Source of the DNA: Eimeria praecox
Lineage: Eukaryota
DNA length: 64,000 nucleotides
Direction of reading: 5' to 3'
Assembly (NCBI GenBank): GCA_963920595.1
Contig: OY986947.1
Span: 3,224,001-3,288,000, forward strand
The number at the start of each line of letters is the position of its first letter. Within the stretch, counting starts at the first letter, position 1. Made by a program: the position numbers and the translations under genes. Below are positions 17,065-29,639 of this stretch, in pieces. Under the pieces are notes generated by a model. It worked only from the letters and a program-made list of their open reading frames with translations, ran no database searches and was not told where the DNA came from.

Positions 17065-17750
17065 AAGATCAGGACAAGTATTCCTTCAGGCCTCGAATAT
17101 CGGCAGAGTCTCAAGTGTTGGCTGCTGCTGCAGCTGCCGCTGCTGCTGCAGCAAGACCAGCAGCAGAAGCAGCAGCAGCAGGAAACTGCAATAGCGTTCA
17201 TTTGAGGCTCTATTACCAAGGCCTTGAATCGAAACGAAAGAAGCAGCAGCAAAAGTTGTTGCTGCTGCGGCAGCAACAGCAGCAGCGATCCCGCTGCAGC
17301 ACCGTATCCAGCAGCACTTGTAGTAGTAGCAGCGCCAGCGCCTGCGGCCTCCTCATCTCTCAACAGCTGTATGAAGATGCGCTGGCTCGAAGGCGAAAGC
17401 AGCAGCAACAGCTGCTGCTGCTGCAGCAGCAGCAGCAACGCCTTAGCAGCGCATCCAAGCTAACACCAGCCTCTCTTAGAGTTTTCAAACAGCGACTGTC
17501 TAGGGAGCTGAAGTAAGTAGAAAGCCCCCAAACCCCCAGCAAATTATATAAAACCCTCTCCTTATTGATTGTTAAACCCTAAACCCTAAACCCTAAACCC
17601 TAGCTGCTGCGACGTGCATGCAGGCAGGCCTACGCCAGCCTTCAGCAGCAAACCCCAGAAGCAGCTACTCTCCCGGCCTCTTTGCTCCCTGACTGCTTGC
17701 AGCTGCTAGGGATATTCCAGCATCAACACCCGCAGCAGCAACAGCAGCAA

Positions 17751-17818
<68 letters not shown>

Positions 17819-18271
17819 GAATTACCCACTTCTGAAAGCCAAAAAGCAACTCGTCGCTCAAGAAGCGGCAAGCAAAGAGCTCGTGAGGGCGCATAAACCC
17901 TAAACCCCAACCCCCAAACCCTATACCCTAAACCCCAACCCCCAACCCGTAAACCCTAAACCCTAGACTGTAGAATCTGATCGGCTGTCATTTGGGGCTT
18001 GGACACTTCTTCTTTGTCTGATGGATTTGAGGATTTTGCCTTTTTGCTGGAAAGGACTCAAGGTTTAGGGTTTAGGGTTTAGGGTTTAGGGTTTAGGGTT
18101 TAGGGTTTAGGGTTTGCTGCATGCAGCGTTTGGTCAAGAGGCTGTGCACCTTGCTAGACCCCGAGGGTTTGGGGCTGGTGTACCGCGAAAGACTCTTTCA
18201 GTTCCTTGCGGGCCTCCTTTCTGACTGCAGCAGCAAACCGAACAGCAGCAGCTGCACCTGCTGCAGCAGCG

Positions 18272-18303
<32 letters not shown>

Positions 18304-21300
18304 TGGTGTGGGTGCAGTCAGTATAGCAGCAGTAGTACCAGCAAGGACCTAACCTGCAAGTGCGACAGCAGCAGCAGCAGCTGCTGCTGCTGCTGCTGCT
18401 CGCAGCTGTCCACCGCAACGAAGAGATTGGAGGCCTTAGGCGTTAAAGAAGCAGAAGGAGGAAGCAACGCTACAGCAGCTGCCGAAGCAGCAGCACGGCT
18501 GCAGCAAGTGTGACGTTATCCTGCTGCTGCCTTTTCTGATGCTGCTGCAGCTATCCAAATCCCTCATTGCTGCTGTTCCTGGTGCTTTCACAGATGCTGT
18601 TGTTAGAGTTGCTGCAGCTGCTGCTGCTACTGCAGCAGCAACCTGAAGCAGCTGCTGCTAAGGTGCTGCTACGGTGCTGCTAGCTTGCACTTGGTCCTTG
18701 TACGCATACTTTGTCTGTCTTCGTCCACCCCACACTGCAGCAGGGTGTCTCATGTTAATAGCTGTTGGGCTTATTGAGGGTTTAGGGTTAGGGTTGGGGT
18801 TTACAGCATCGGCTAGTGTTTATTTATGGGGTCTGCAGGAGACGCGCCAAGTGTATGCTGAGCTGCAACGGCTAAGCCGCGACTTCTTGCCGCTGCTCTT
18901 AAACCGACAGAGGAGTTGCATCTTTCAGAACAAACCCCCGCGTAAGGGTTTTGGATCTAGGGTTTAGGGTTTAGGGTTTAGGATTTCGTCTTTAGGCTTT
19001 AGGGCTAAGCCACCCCCACCCGCGTTTACAGTTAGGGTTTAGGGTTTTGCTGCAGCCTGTGCTTGATGACTTGCTGCTTCTAGCAAGCAGCTATGCCAGT
19101 TCTGTACTTCGTAGCATTTAAACAGATATGAAAAAGCAATGATGTCGGGGTTTAGGGTTTGGAGGGTTTAGGGTTTAGGGTTTACAGCCTAGAAGCTGCT
19201 AGAGACGGTGTTGTCTTCAGAGCAGGCACCGCCACAGGCGGCGCAGCCCAAGGCCCGCTGTAGCTCTGCAGCAGTTACTGAGCGTCTTCTTGAACGTGGT
19301 AGGTGGCTGGGGGGTTTCTGCCTCTTCTAGTTGTGTGTTTAGATATAACATCTAAGGGTTTAGGGTTTGTTGATGATGGCTGGTGTCCACAAATCGGTAG
19401 GATAGGCGATAGGATGAGCTCCCCCTCACTGGGGGTGCAAGGCTTTGGTTTTCGGGTTTATCTACAGGGAGGCAGCGACAGGCAAGAAAAGAGCTCCTAC
19501 AGCAGCAGCAGCAGCAGCAGCAGCAAGAGCAGCAGCGGCGGCTCATGTGCTCACGGCAGCACAGGCCAGCGGAAACAGAGGCGGTGCGGTCTTGGGAGTG
19601 TTTGAGGGGCAGCGGGCTGCAGCAAGAAGGAGTTTACACTATGTTGTAGTATTTGAATTTTGTTTAATCGCATTCTCTCTTTATTTTAATTGTGTCGATA
19701 CAGCAGAGCAGCCCCGTCAGTTCACGGGGGTGTCTATCCACACACTTCGGACTACCCACATAGCTGCACCTTCAGGTGTATATACGCTGCACATACACCT
19801 AAGAACCCACAAGTTAAAAACTGCTGCGCTGTATTGGAGTTAATGTGTTTATCGGAAATGTATTCATCCCAATTAATTACCATGGGCAGTCAAGGCTTTT
19901 CAACAATACGTGTTGGGCCTGCAGACAGCAAACGGGGTGTCTAGACACGTGCAACTATTCGAGCTGGCTCAAGACCAGCAGCAGCAGCAGCGGCGACAAC
20001 AGCAGCTGCGGCAGAAACAGCTACAGGAGGAAGACCTGAGGGAGTGTACATTTAAGCCTAACTTGTGGCTGTCTCACAAATCCGCTAGGTGAATGAAAAG
20101 AATCGAAATACGCCTGTCTCCCCCCCTCATCGTCTCTTCCTGTATCTGCCTCTAGTCTGCTTAATTGAATGCCTGCTTTATCTCTCGCTGTCACACTGTT
20201 GTATCTTCTGGAGTGTCTGTACACTTGAGTGAATGAGGGGGTGCGACTGCAGTACCACCAGTCTGTGTCAGTCTCCTTAGATGCTTGTATATCTGCACAT
20301 TTGGGAGTATATACACCCAAATAAACATAAGGAGGACTGCGCTGTACCGGCAGGTCTGGTAGCAGTTGTATGCCTCAGCTGCAGCACGTGTACACAGCAG
20401 TATGTTTGCTTTGGACTGTAAAGTGAGGTGTATATACATGCGCGAGATTATGTTTTTCAAGTACTCGGTTTGAGCGTGTACTGAATGGCGAATACATTAT
20501 TATTATTATTATTATTATTATCTGTCTCCCACAGCAGCAGCTTGCTTATCCATACGCATGTTTGCCCTCCTTTTCTTTTTTTTTCTGTTTCCCGTACCTC
20601 TTCAGCTACAGTCTAGAAGCATAAAGGAAGCAGTGAGGTCTCTTGAATGCGTTTTATTCTGTGCTGCCTCGCCTGTATCCTCAGGGGCATCGGACCAGCG
20701 CCCTCTCCCCCTGAAGGCTTTGGGGCTGCTGTAGAGCGACTCCGCAGGGGTGCTGCTGATAGAGATCGCCTCTTCAGGTTCCACCAAAACAGGCAAACCT
20801 TAACCCTAGCCTTTAAACCCTAGCTGTCATTGTGTCTTCTATCCTTAGCGAACCGCGCCTCTCTTGAGGGTTTAACAAATCCGAACCCTTCAATAAATCA
20901 TCTCTGAAGCAAAGACATACTCTGTTCAGAATGAGAATTAAAGCTTTCAATGCAATGTAGGACTTAGACGAAAGATAAACACTAGGCTTCATCATAAGAA
21001 CCCCTTAACCCTTTGTTTGCTCAAACCCACACACTATCTCGCGCTCAGATTAGTGGAGACTCCTTCCCCTGTACGCAAGGGCGAAGGCCCCTTCAGCTTC
21101 TCCGAAGGCCACTACACCCTCCGTCTGGCCCCCGAAGTCTTTGGGGTTTCTGTCGAAGTGCAAAAGGGGCGGCTGGTCCGCATTTCTATCCGAGAAGGAG
21201 AAGACCCCAGAGCAGCCGTACTCAATCCTAAACCCTAAACCCTAAACCCGAGGCTTAAGCCGTCAAAAACCCCTGCTTCAACCCGAATTATCTGCCCTCC

Positions 21301-22526
21301 AGACAGAATCTAGCATTACCCCCGAAACGGCAGCCGACCAACTTCCCAGAAGAGCTGGCGATGTGAAAAGGCTTTGCTCGGGAGGTTGCAGAGCCTGAAA
21401 AGTTCAAAGACGTAGGGTTTAGGGTTTAGGGTTTAAGGCTGGGGTGTTCGATATTCAGGTGGATTCGTTCTGCCGGTCCCATGGACTACATGCAGAGGAG
21501 CAGGAGTGGCTGAATAGCATAATTTTAAAAGAGATGGCAGCGCGTAAACTCTTAGCTCTTGTAGATGGCGACACCGTTGGTGAGAGACGACCACAGGCCA
21601 TAGAGACACATCGGGGGTCTTCCGGCGTTCAGCAGCAGGAAGTGTGGTCTCGAGGGCCTTCCAAAGTCCGTAAGGGATCTGCGAGAGGCCCCACATCAGC
21701 AGCATTTGCAGCGGCATCCTCTGCGCTGCCCCAGCATTCCAAGGCGGGTGAGGTGCTTACCTCAAAGACTCTAGGAAGGCCCCTGGAGCCGCTCTCCCCA
21801 GGAACAAAAGTGCAGGAGAGAAACACCCTTGGTAGCCCTTCGGCGCACGCGAGAGAACACCAAGACAATCCCGTTGTTACGGTTGATGACAGTCCATTTG
21901 AAACCCACGAATACGAACACTCTGAGCAAAACGATGTTTGGAACTTCCCCATGGCCCCTTCCTCTGAAACACCGCCAGACAGAGAGAAAGCCACTTCCCC
22001 ATCAACCCCCTCGGGGAAGCAGCAGCCTTCCCAGCACCATCAACAACAAGAACTGCAGGAAAAACAGAAACGAGAACCGGAACAGACAGTGCAGCATCAG
22101 CAGGGGCAGCAGCACCATCTAGAACAACACGAACAGCAACAACCGCAGCAGGTGCTCGCTATGCACCAGGCACTACGTGAGGCCCCTTTGCCAGCTCCCA
22201 TCTCCCCTGCTAAAGAGGAATCCCCACAGCAGCGGCAGCAGCAGCCTGAGGATAAGACTGACGAGGAAGAAATAGAGAGGCAGCAGCAGCAACAACAGCG
22301 GGACACTCGTAGCCACACGGAACGCAGCAGCCTGCGCTGTTTGCCAATCTTCTCCCCCGAATCTGAGGAGGCCGTACCTGATTCCCCCCACAGCAGAGTG
22401 ACAAGCAGCAGCAACAGCAGCAGCAGAAGCAGCAGCAGCAGCAAAGAAGCTCGTGGGACCCCTTCTAGTGTTGTCTCATGGGAATGGCTCGGTCCCGTGG
22501 CAACAGAACTCAAAAGAATACAATGA
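16815..22526 (+). CDS. Conserved hypothetical coiled-coil protein with (Y/C)xF(R/K)P motifs and an EF-hand-like segment; about 10 exons starting near 16815, 16969, 17624, 18127, 18839, 19221, 19468, 19925, 20685, 21049 and 21459
   Basis: A phase-compatible GT-AG chain gives DKYSFRPRIS, VHLRLYYQG, QQLYEDALARR, LDPEGLGLVYRERL, VTERLLERG, RHVQLFELA, EDLRECTFKPNL, PEGFGAAVERLRRG and VEVQKGRLVRISIREGEDPRAA|VDSFCRSHGL. The first exon is the least certain. Confidence 0.78.
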
Positions 22527-23449
22527 TTCTTGCCGTCTAGAGAGCATATTTCCAACTAAATTATTTGTCTTCCTAGCCTTATGTGGTCAGTCAATAGCCT
22601 CAGTGGCTGCAGATATTTCACGACGAGCACTGATTTCAGCTGAGAGTAAGGACTCCAGCGAAGGGCTTCTACTTGCCCCCTGCAGCATAAGAAGCAGCTA
22701 TACTAGAGTGTACTAAAGAAGGCCGGCAAGAAAGCAGCAGAGTCCCAGGCTTCTTGGGGGTGCAACATGCTTTTGCCTCTTCTGTTGCTGTTAGTGTTGT
22801 TGCTCCTTTTGCTGCCGTTGTTGCTGCTTTCGTCGTTACGGTGTGCGTCGCTTTTGGGCTGTTGCTTTTGATGGCTGTTAAATTTCATGGTGATTCAATG
22901 GCGCCGCGATGTTTCTCTGCTTTTCTGTAATTTATTTTCGAATATAACCCTGGTTATATATTTGCCTCGCTCGGGCGCTCCTTTTGGAGGCCTCTCATGA
23001 GTTCACAAACGCTCTTGAGGCTACAGCCCCGGGCAAGAGCGCCGCTCACAAAGAGTGAGAGGTATGGGAGGGCACTTCATCCCCGAATACGCCTTAAGAA
23101 ACTACCAGAGGCTCAACTAGCTCATAAGGGGCCCTGGTTGCTTGTGGAGGGTAGTCAAGTGTCTACTGATGCTGGTAACCCTACGTATCGGAAGTGGGCA
23201 AATGCAGTAACAACACTCCAAATAACCATGAAGGAAATATACGAAAGGGTTGACCCGTGAAGCCCGTCGCCATCCCGAACACAAAGTTGTTTCAACTGTT
23301 TCCTTTTTTTGTGTAATTCTGACACTTTCTACTCTCTTTCCCACGTTCTTCCCATTTTGCCTTCATAGTAGCCGCTCACTATCGATCCGTCGCACAGCAA
23401 CCCCAAATGCAGGAATACCAAAGTCAGCTTGGAGCATGTACTAACACCG

Positions 23450-26400
23450 CAGTCGAATGATCATTCTTGCATGGCTTTCAGTACTCAGCATGCACACAGA
23501 TGTTGGTGTGTCCACTGGCCTCCAACAGATCTTGCCACAAGCACCCTCCTTGATGTTGCATTCCCCAAAGTCTTAGGCTGGCCTTCCCGTCGAGCATGCC
23601 TCTAGAGACAAAAATCGAGGTCAAGAAAAAGACTCATCCCCTTCACCTGCCCGTACCATGGGGAGCATCCTTGGTTTCACCCCACTGTTGGCTGGTTCAC
23701 TTCAATTCATCCACCAATCTCAACTGGTACCAGGTACATGAAGAGCATCACCAAATTGTAATGCTGAGTATGAAGCCCCAGATCAAGCACATCAATTCGC
23801 GGCGTTTCTTCGTGCATAAGAGTGCGGCAATAATATCCATACAAATTCATCTACCTCTAAATATGCAAAAAGCAAGCCCGTGGTGGTTTTGAAGGGGCGA
23901 CATGGGATCCAAGGCAGCTCATCCAAGCTCATCCGCTTGTGCAAAGCGGATTCGCTCACGTTTCCATACACCATCCATGTCCGCTCTTAAGTCTAGAATC
24001 CTGGCTTCCTTTCGCGGAGAAAGATGCCACTGAAGCCTTCAAGTTCTCGCAAATATGCTGCCGCTTAGGAGGGGCTATCCCATTCCCAGTAGCATTGCCT
24101 TCACTGCAGGATTCAAAGTGCTCAGATCTGTGATCTGTGTATGCAGTAGCTTTAGCAATCCTAAGCAAATGCGGGCATTACTCTATGGCTAAAACTAGGG
24201 TCAGCAGTTCTTGATCATAGATCGAGTACCGCTGCTGAATGGGAATCATAATCTGGCTGAGGAACCCAATAGTCTTGCCTTCCTGTTATAGTACCCCGCT
24301 GATGGCATAACCTGACGCATCTGTATATAGGTCGAAAGGCTTAAGAGTATCGGGAACCTGCACTATAGTATAATCGATTAGTTGCTGCTTAAGGTGTCGC
24401 ACTGCCTGTGAATGAGTCTCGTTCCATCTGAAAGGTTCCGGATTGCGAGTAAGGTCAGTGAGAGTGCGGGTGACGTCACCGTAACCGGCCCCCTTGAACA
24501 TGCGGCAGTAATTAACAGTGCCTAGGATCTGTCGCACTTGTGTCTCGTTCTCTAACACCTCTGGCTAAACCCGTATGGCATTAATCTTGTTTGCGGCCGT
24601 ACCATCTGCAATGATCATATATCCGAAGTACCTGAGTTCCTGTTTCGCAAACTTACACTTGCGGAAACTGGGATAGAACTGGTGTTTGAGAAGGATGCTG
24701 AGGACTCTCCGTTGAAGAGAGGCATGGGTAGAAAGACCAGGGGTGTATATGAGGTCACCACCAAGGTAGGCTATGAATCCTTGACCTAACACAGACTGTA
24801 AGTAGGGGTTAATTCCGACTTGAAAAGTAGGAGGTGCACCTTTCAAACCGAATGCCAAGGCTTCATACTCGAATAAGCCCATCACAGAACGGAAAGCCGT
24901 CTTTCACCGATCTTCACTAGCCATGCGGATCTGGTGGAACCCCGCCCCCACATCAACAGCAGAAAAATCCTTCGAGCCGCCCAGCATCCCTAATATAGTT
25001 TTTACAGGGGGTAACGGGAAGTCTGGGGCTATCGTAAGGGCGTTCAATTTTTGATAATTCACTACCATACTACCATACGCATTGTCCGTTCTCCAGTTCC
25101 ATCATCTCGATTACCTACCATAATTGTAGGAGCACAAGTAGGGGAATATGAGGGTCCTATCAGGTCATTATCTCTCAATTTAACAATCTCCTGCTTATGG
25201 AATTGAAGCTGATCTGGTGTCATTCGATAAATAATGGACTTGGCTGGCAGCTTCCCGTCCTAATAGAGTATGATAAGTATGATGATCATGTGTTCTCTTC
25301 GGAGGCAGCCCCTTACGCAAGCTGTCACAGAAAGAACTTCTATGATCATGCAACACCTCTACATTGAGAGATCCTGCAACTCTGCCAACTTCGTCCATTA
25401 ATTGAACTGGGAAAACTCTAGCGTAGCTGAAGACCATGGCTACTCTTCTTCGTCGTCGGTACCGTCAAGGCAGCTGGTACCACAGTGATGTTTTGCCCAG
25501 CAGGTGAGTTATGGCTAATTACTGCCAAGCATGCAACACTCTGTTGCTCGTCTGGGAACCTAAAGGCTACTGCCTCACCGGGTGCATTCAAGACTCGTAC
25601 AATGTAACCCTCCTAACGAAGTCTTTAGTAAGTGTGTGTCTGCCCAGGCCTGCTCCAATACGGCCTTAACTGACCCCTAGGTATCCGCGCTGGCGCGGTG
25701 CTTACATCTCTTAGCTGATGGTCGTATAAGAGTTGCTGCCTCTTCTGCTTACATCTTGGCCACTTGCTTGCTAAGGTGAACCTACACTCCTTGGGAAGTC
25801 TCCGCATTCTAGGCTGCAGCCGTTCAACCGCCTTAGGCAGCCCTGCGCTCGCTCGGTTCCCCATACCGAGCAGTGTATTCCCCCACAATGGGGACACTGG
25901 AATGGCATTAGGTCTTGTTGTCACTGCGAGCATCACACCTTTATTACTAGTAACCAGCCTAGTACGTTTGTCTCCCTTAACGCCTAGGCTCTCGCATTTA
26001 AACCTTCAACGTCCTCCGCGCTAGAGCGTACTGGTTGCTGATGGACTCGTCCCTCAGTTGTTTCTCTAGAATGAAGGGTACAAGGGCAATATCTAGCGTA
26101 GTGTCCCATTCCCTCATACCTCTTACACGTTTCCCCCGGTCGCCTAATGAACTTCCCCCCGGCTAAGGCCGACGCGTTCATGATATCCTCGGCCCTTACA
26201 CTCACTGCAATCTACCGATCTGCTCCCATACTGGGTGTCTCTGGGAGTGCCCTCATTTGTCCCAACCCGCTCCGCATAACCTCTGCTGGTAGTCAGTCGT
26301 TCAACGTTCTAAGCATGCGGGTGCTTCTGCTCCAACATTCTAACGCAGCCAGTTTGGGGTCAAGGTAGCTGGCCATTGCAAGAGCTATTTCAGGGGAGAG

Positions 26401-26886
26401 CCCAGAATAGTAAAGGCCAGCCACATCCTTTTGACTAACCGCTTATCCCCTCTCTACTACCGCCGTAAATTGCTTAGTATACTCCGCACCGTCCGCTATC
26501 CGCCGGATTTTCGCCAGTTCCGCCACCACTTCATGCTTCATCATTTCAGTGCAGAAGCGAGACAGCAACGGTTCCTTCTCTAGTCCCCAATGCCTCATAG
26601 TGGCAGTTTCCTTCAAGTACATCCAGTACCTAAAGGTAGGGCCTGATAGGTAACCAATGATTTCGCTACCCCACTGCGTTGAGTCTATCTCCCTTTTGGT
26701 ATAGGCCTGTTCGATATGGACCCCAAAGGCTTGCGTGGTGCTTTCATCTTCGTGGCGCACAGGTGATGGGGTACCTGAGGAGCGTTCAGCACTAACTGCA
26801 TCGTTTACGAGGTTCAGAAGTGCCGTGAAATGATCCGTAGTAAGGTGGCGCCAGGCTGCCTGCGGGAGCCGCTCTTGCGCGTCCAC
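23450..26886 (-). mobile_element. Degenerate Ty3/gypsy (chromovirus-type) retrotransposon: gag, Zn-knuckle, RT and RNase H, with a truncated integrase region
   Basis: Gag-like at 26200-26886. Decayed CCHC (CKRYEGMGHYARYCP) at about 26090-26130. RT motifs LNALTIAPDFPLP, AGFHQIRM, KTAFRSVMGLFEY, FGLKGAPPTFQ and YLGG in place of YLDD. RNase H PFDLYTDASGYAISGVL. Many stops and frameshifts. Confidence 0.92.
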
Positions 26887-26894
26887 TTCAAATC

Positions 26895-27850
26895 ACCGTG
26901 AGACAAACGCTTCCGACACCCCAGGCCGACGAATTACTTAACCACCTGGAGGGTTCAACGTCGTATTTCTCACTTGGTTTCCGTGGCGCATTCTTGCACA
27001 ACTTACTGCATCCCGACGTCACGTACAGAACGGGGTTGCACACCAGCACTCGCAAACTTGAATGCATGTGCATGCTCTTTGACGTTATCCATGCACCTGT
27101 CGAACTGAAGGGTAAGGCTTATCATGGCTTGTTCAACCGAATCTATTAGGACCTTGTTGGTTGGAAAGTTGCTTGCCGCCATCCAGAATATACAGGGGCA
27201 GTTGCAGCACATGCGTTGTGCTCGGCAGCCCCTATGTGCGAAACAGTAGTTCGTAGCGGGGCAAAAAGCATTCTTTGTCGTGCCTTTATCAGACAAATTT
27301 CTTCTAAATGCTTTGTGTCTGCAGTAAGAGCCAGATCACGTCCGGCGAAAGCAGAGGCCAATGGGAGGTGGCCGCTTCTACCCCTGTACACTCGCGCGGA
27401 AGTTTCGAAGTTCCTCGTTCTCACACTGCACTCCCGCAGCTTCATCTTGGGATTCTACAGAACCACCGCCACTCTAACGGATGTACTGCATAAGCGCAAA
27501 GAACTTGTCCGTGGAGAAACCAGAGGTCCCATCAGATACGTGACTTTTTCCTCAGAACCCGCTCTCTTTGATTTCGACAAACGCTTCTTTCTAACAACGG
27601 AGGCCAGCGAAGCAGCAGTTGGAGTGATGCTCCCTTAGCAAACCGACGAAAAAAAGGCACCACGTAATCGCTTGCAGGCAAACTGTTTCAAAGCAAGACA
27701 GCCGAAGCATCCAGTATGTGCGAACGAGCTCCCTCGGTCTGTTGGCAAGCAAAGCAGTGTCGAAACTGCCTATGTTAGTGGTATTTTGCTGTTCAAAACG
27801 ATCACCAAAAACTGATACGCCTGAATAAAGCTTCTCAAGTTTTCGAAATT
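26895..27850 (+). mobile_element. Older, more decayed Ty3/gypsy RT-RNase H fragment in the opposite orientation
   Basis: LPTPQADELLNHLEGSTSYFSL, LFDVIHAPVEL, EVSKFL, FDFDKRFFLTTEASEAAVGVML. Confidence 0.8.
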
Positions 27851-28012
27851 TAAGGAGCTGTCCTGTGGTTTTGCAAGCGAACGCAGTGCTTCATTACACT
27901 CAAGCAAAAGCAGAAGCAAGCGTCGCAGGATCGCCAGCCCCAAATCCTAAGGGCTGCAGGCAGAGCTTGCCCATTCGACCGCAGTAATGGTCTAAAAGCT
28001 CCCTACTATATA

Positions 28013-28327
28013 CTAAATATTCCCTAGAATGTGCTTTATGAAAATTTTACTGGCCAGAAACTCAGAGGAGAGCCAATTGTAGTGCCCGTGCACTACAACT
28101 TCCCCCCTGCTTGGACTAAATCCCCTTCCCTTCACAACAAGAAAGACTAACAACACGCCAGGCAGAGCATAGGCACGAATCGAAACGGGCACAAGGAAGG
28201 TGTGATAATCGTTAAGGCGATTTGGCGGCCGCCCTGCCGGTAATGCGTCGGGGAAGACCTTCCGGTGTCCCACAGCAACTCGAGGATTTCGCCAGAGATC
28301 CACTGCGCCTCTGCTGTCAGCATCCAT
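28013..28327 (-). mobile_element. Short gypsy pre-RT fragment
   Basis: HRKVFPDALPAGRPPNRLNDYHTFLVP matches the linker just before gypsy RT, and resembles DSLRKGLPPKRTHDHH at about 25.3 kb. Confidence 0.65.
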
Positions 28328-28559
28328 TCATCAGATTGAAAATATCCGAATTGTGCCTTGGCACTCGGTGACTCTGCCTCATCTCCGTCTGCTATTGAGT
28401 TATTATTAGCTTGGTTGGTGATCTGGCTGAATGGCGGGGGGCGAAACCCAATCCATGTATAGCACAGCCCCCCTCAATTCTCATCGACGCTGCATATCCA
28501 TACTGTCTTCCCGGCTTCCGGAGAAGCCAGTATGCGGTATATTTCCCTCATATTTGCCT

Positions 28560-29490
28560 TACGCTGCTGAACTAAAGAGTCTATCGATACTTTCGACCCT
28601 GCCTTCGCGTGGGCCCGGTACCGCTGAGGTGCGTTGTCCCCTACCATCGCTCCACCCGTGACAAAAAAAATCTGTCAGCTGTGCGAGAGGGCGCAAGGCC
28701 ACATCCTGAACGCGAAACGTCAGCAGACGTACTACGCAGGCACAAAGCGCAGAAGAGTGGAGTATAAGGTCGGAGACCAAGTCTGGCTCAGCGGTAAAGA
28801 CCTATCAACTCTAAACAACTGTCCTAAGTTTGAGCCAAGCTACCGCGGACCCTTTGAGGTGAGTAAATGCATTGGTACTGTGGCCTATCATCTTTCTCTA
28901 CCTCGTACCCATCAGGGTCGCAATGTCTTGCACTTGTCCCACTTAGTTCCACACCATCCGCCCGACCCCGCTATGGAACCCTAGGAAGCCCCTGTAGGAT
29001 GGCCCCCTAAGCGAGACGATGAAAGCAACCCCGCTTATCAGTACGTCATGGAATGTATCGTTGGTCAACGCGGTGTTGGCGACGAAGTCCAATACCTCGT
29101 TAAGTGGCAATGCTCACCCCAACCTCACCTCAAAAGCGAGCCACCTGGGAGCCGGCAAGCCATCTGGAGGGCTTCCGTCCGTTCGTGCGCGCATGGCAGC
29201 TCCGTCAGAGCAAACACCTACGCACCTGACCCGTCGTCTTCATTCATTCACTTTACACGTGTCTATCACATGAAGTTAGATGTATCTTTATACCCTGCCG
29301 GCACGTCCTATCCGTACCGCTTCTGTGTTCTGTGTTCATCTGTGCTTCACGACCCTATACGCTGTGATTTGATTTAGTTATAAGCATTGTATGCCATGCC
29401 GGCATTCGTCAGAAGAGGGGGGGGAGGGTGCTGATGCACCGGCATGTGCTTTTGCCTATCTTTTCATAGTAGGGTATTAGAGTTAATCAT
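28560..29490 (+). mobile_element. Chromovirus 3' end: integrase C-terminal GPY/F domain, chromodomain, polypurine tract (29411-29428) and start of the 3' LTR (TG at 29429)
   Basis: KRRRVEYKVGDQVWL...YRGPFEV...VAYHLSLP...VLHLSHL, then YVMECIVGQRGVGDEVQYLVKW, then AGAAGAG(G)nAGGG followed by TG. The LTR end could not be identified. Confidence 0.9.
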
Positions 29491-29511
29491 ACACAGACAG
29501 ACAGACAGACA

Positions 29512-29547
<36 letters not shown>
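29491..29547. repeat. (CAGA)n(CA)n microsatellite
   Basis: Directly visible. Confidence 0.95.
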
Positions 29548-29549
<2 letters not shown>

Positions 29550-29639
29550 GTGGCACGATACCGCTGTACATGCTAAGTTAGTTAATTTATTACCAGGATA
29601 GAGATATCATTCATAAAAATTCTAATAGTACTAGGAACT

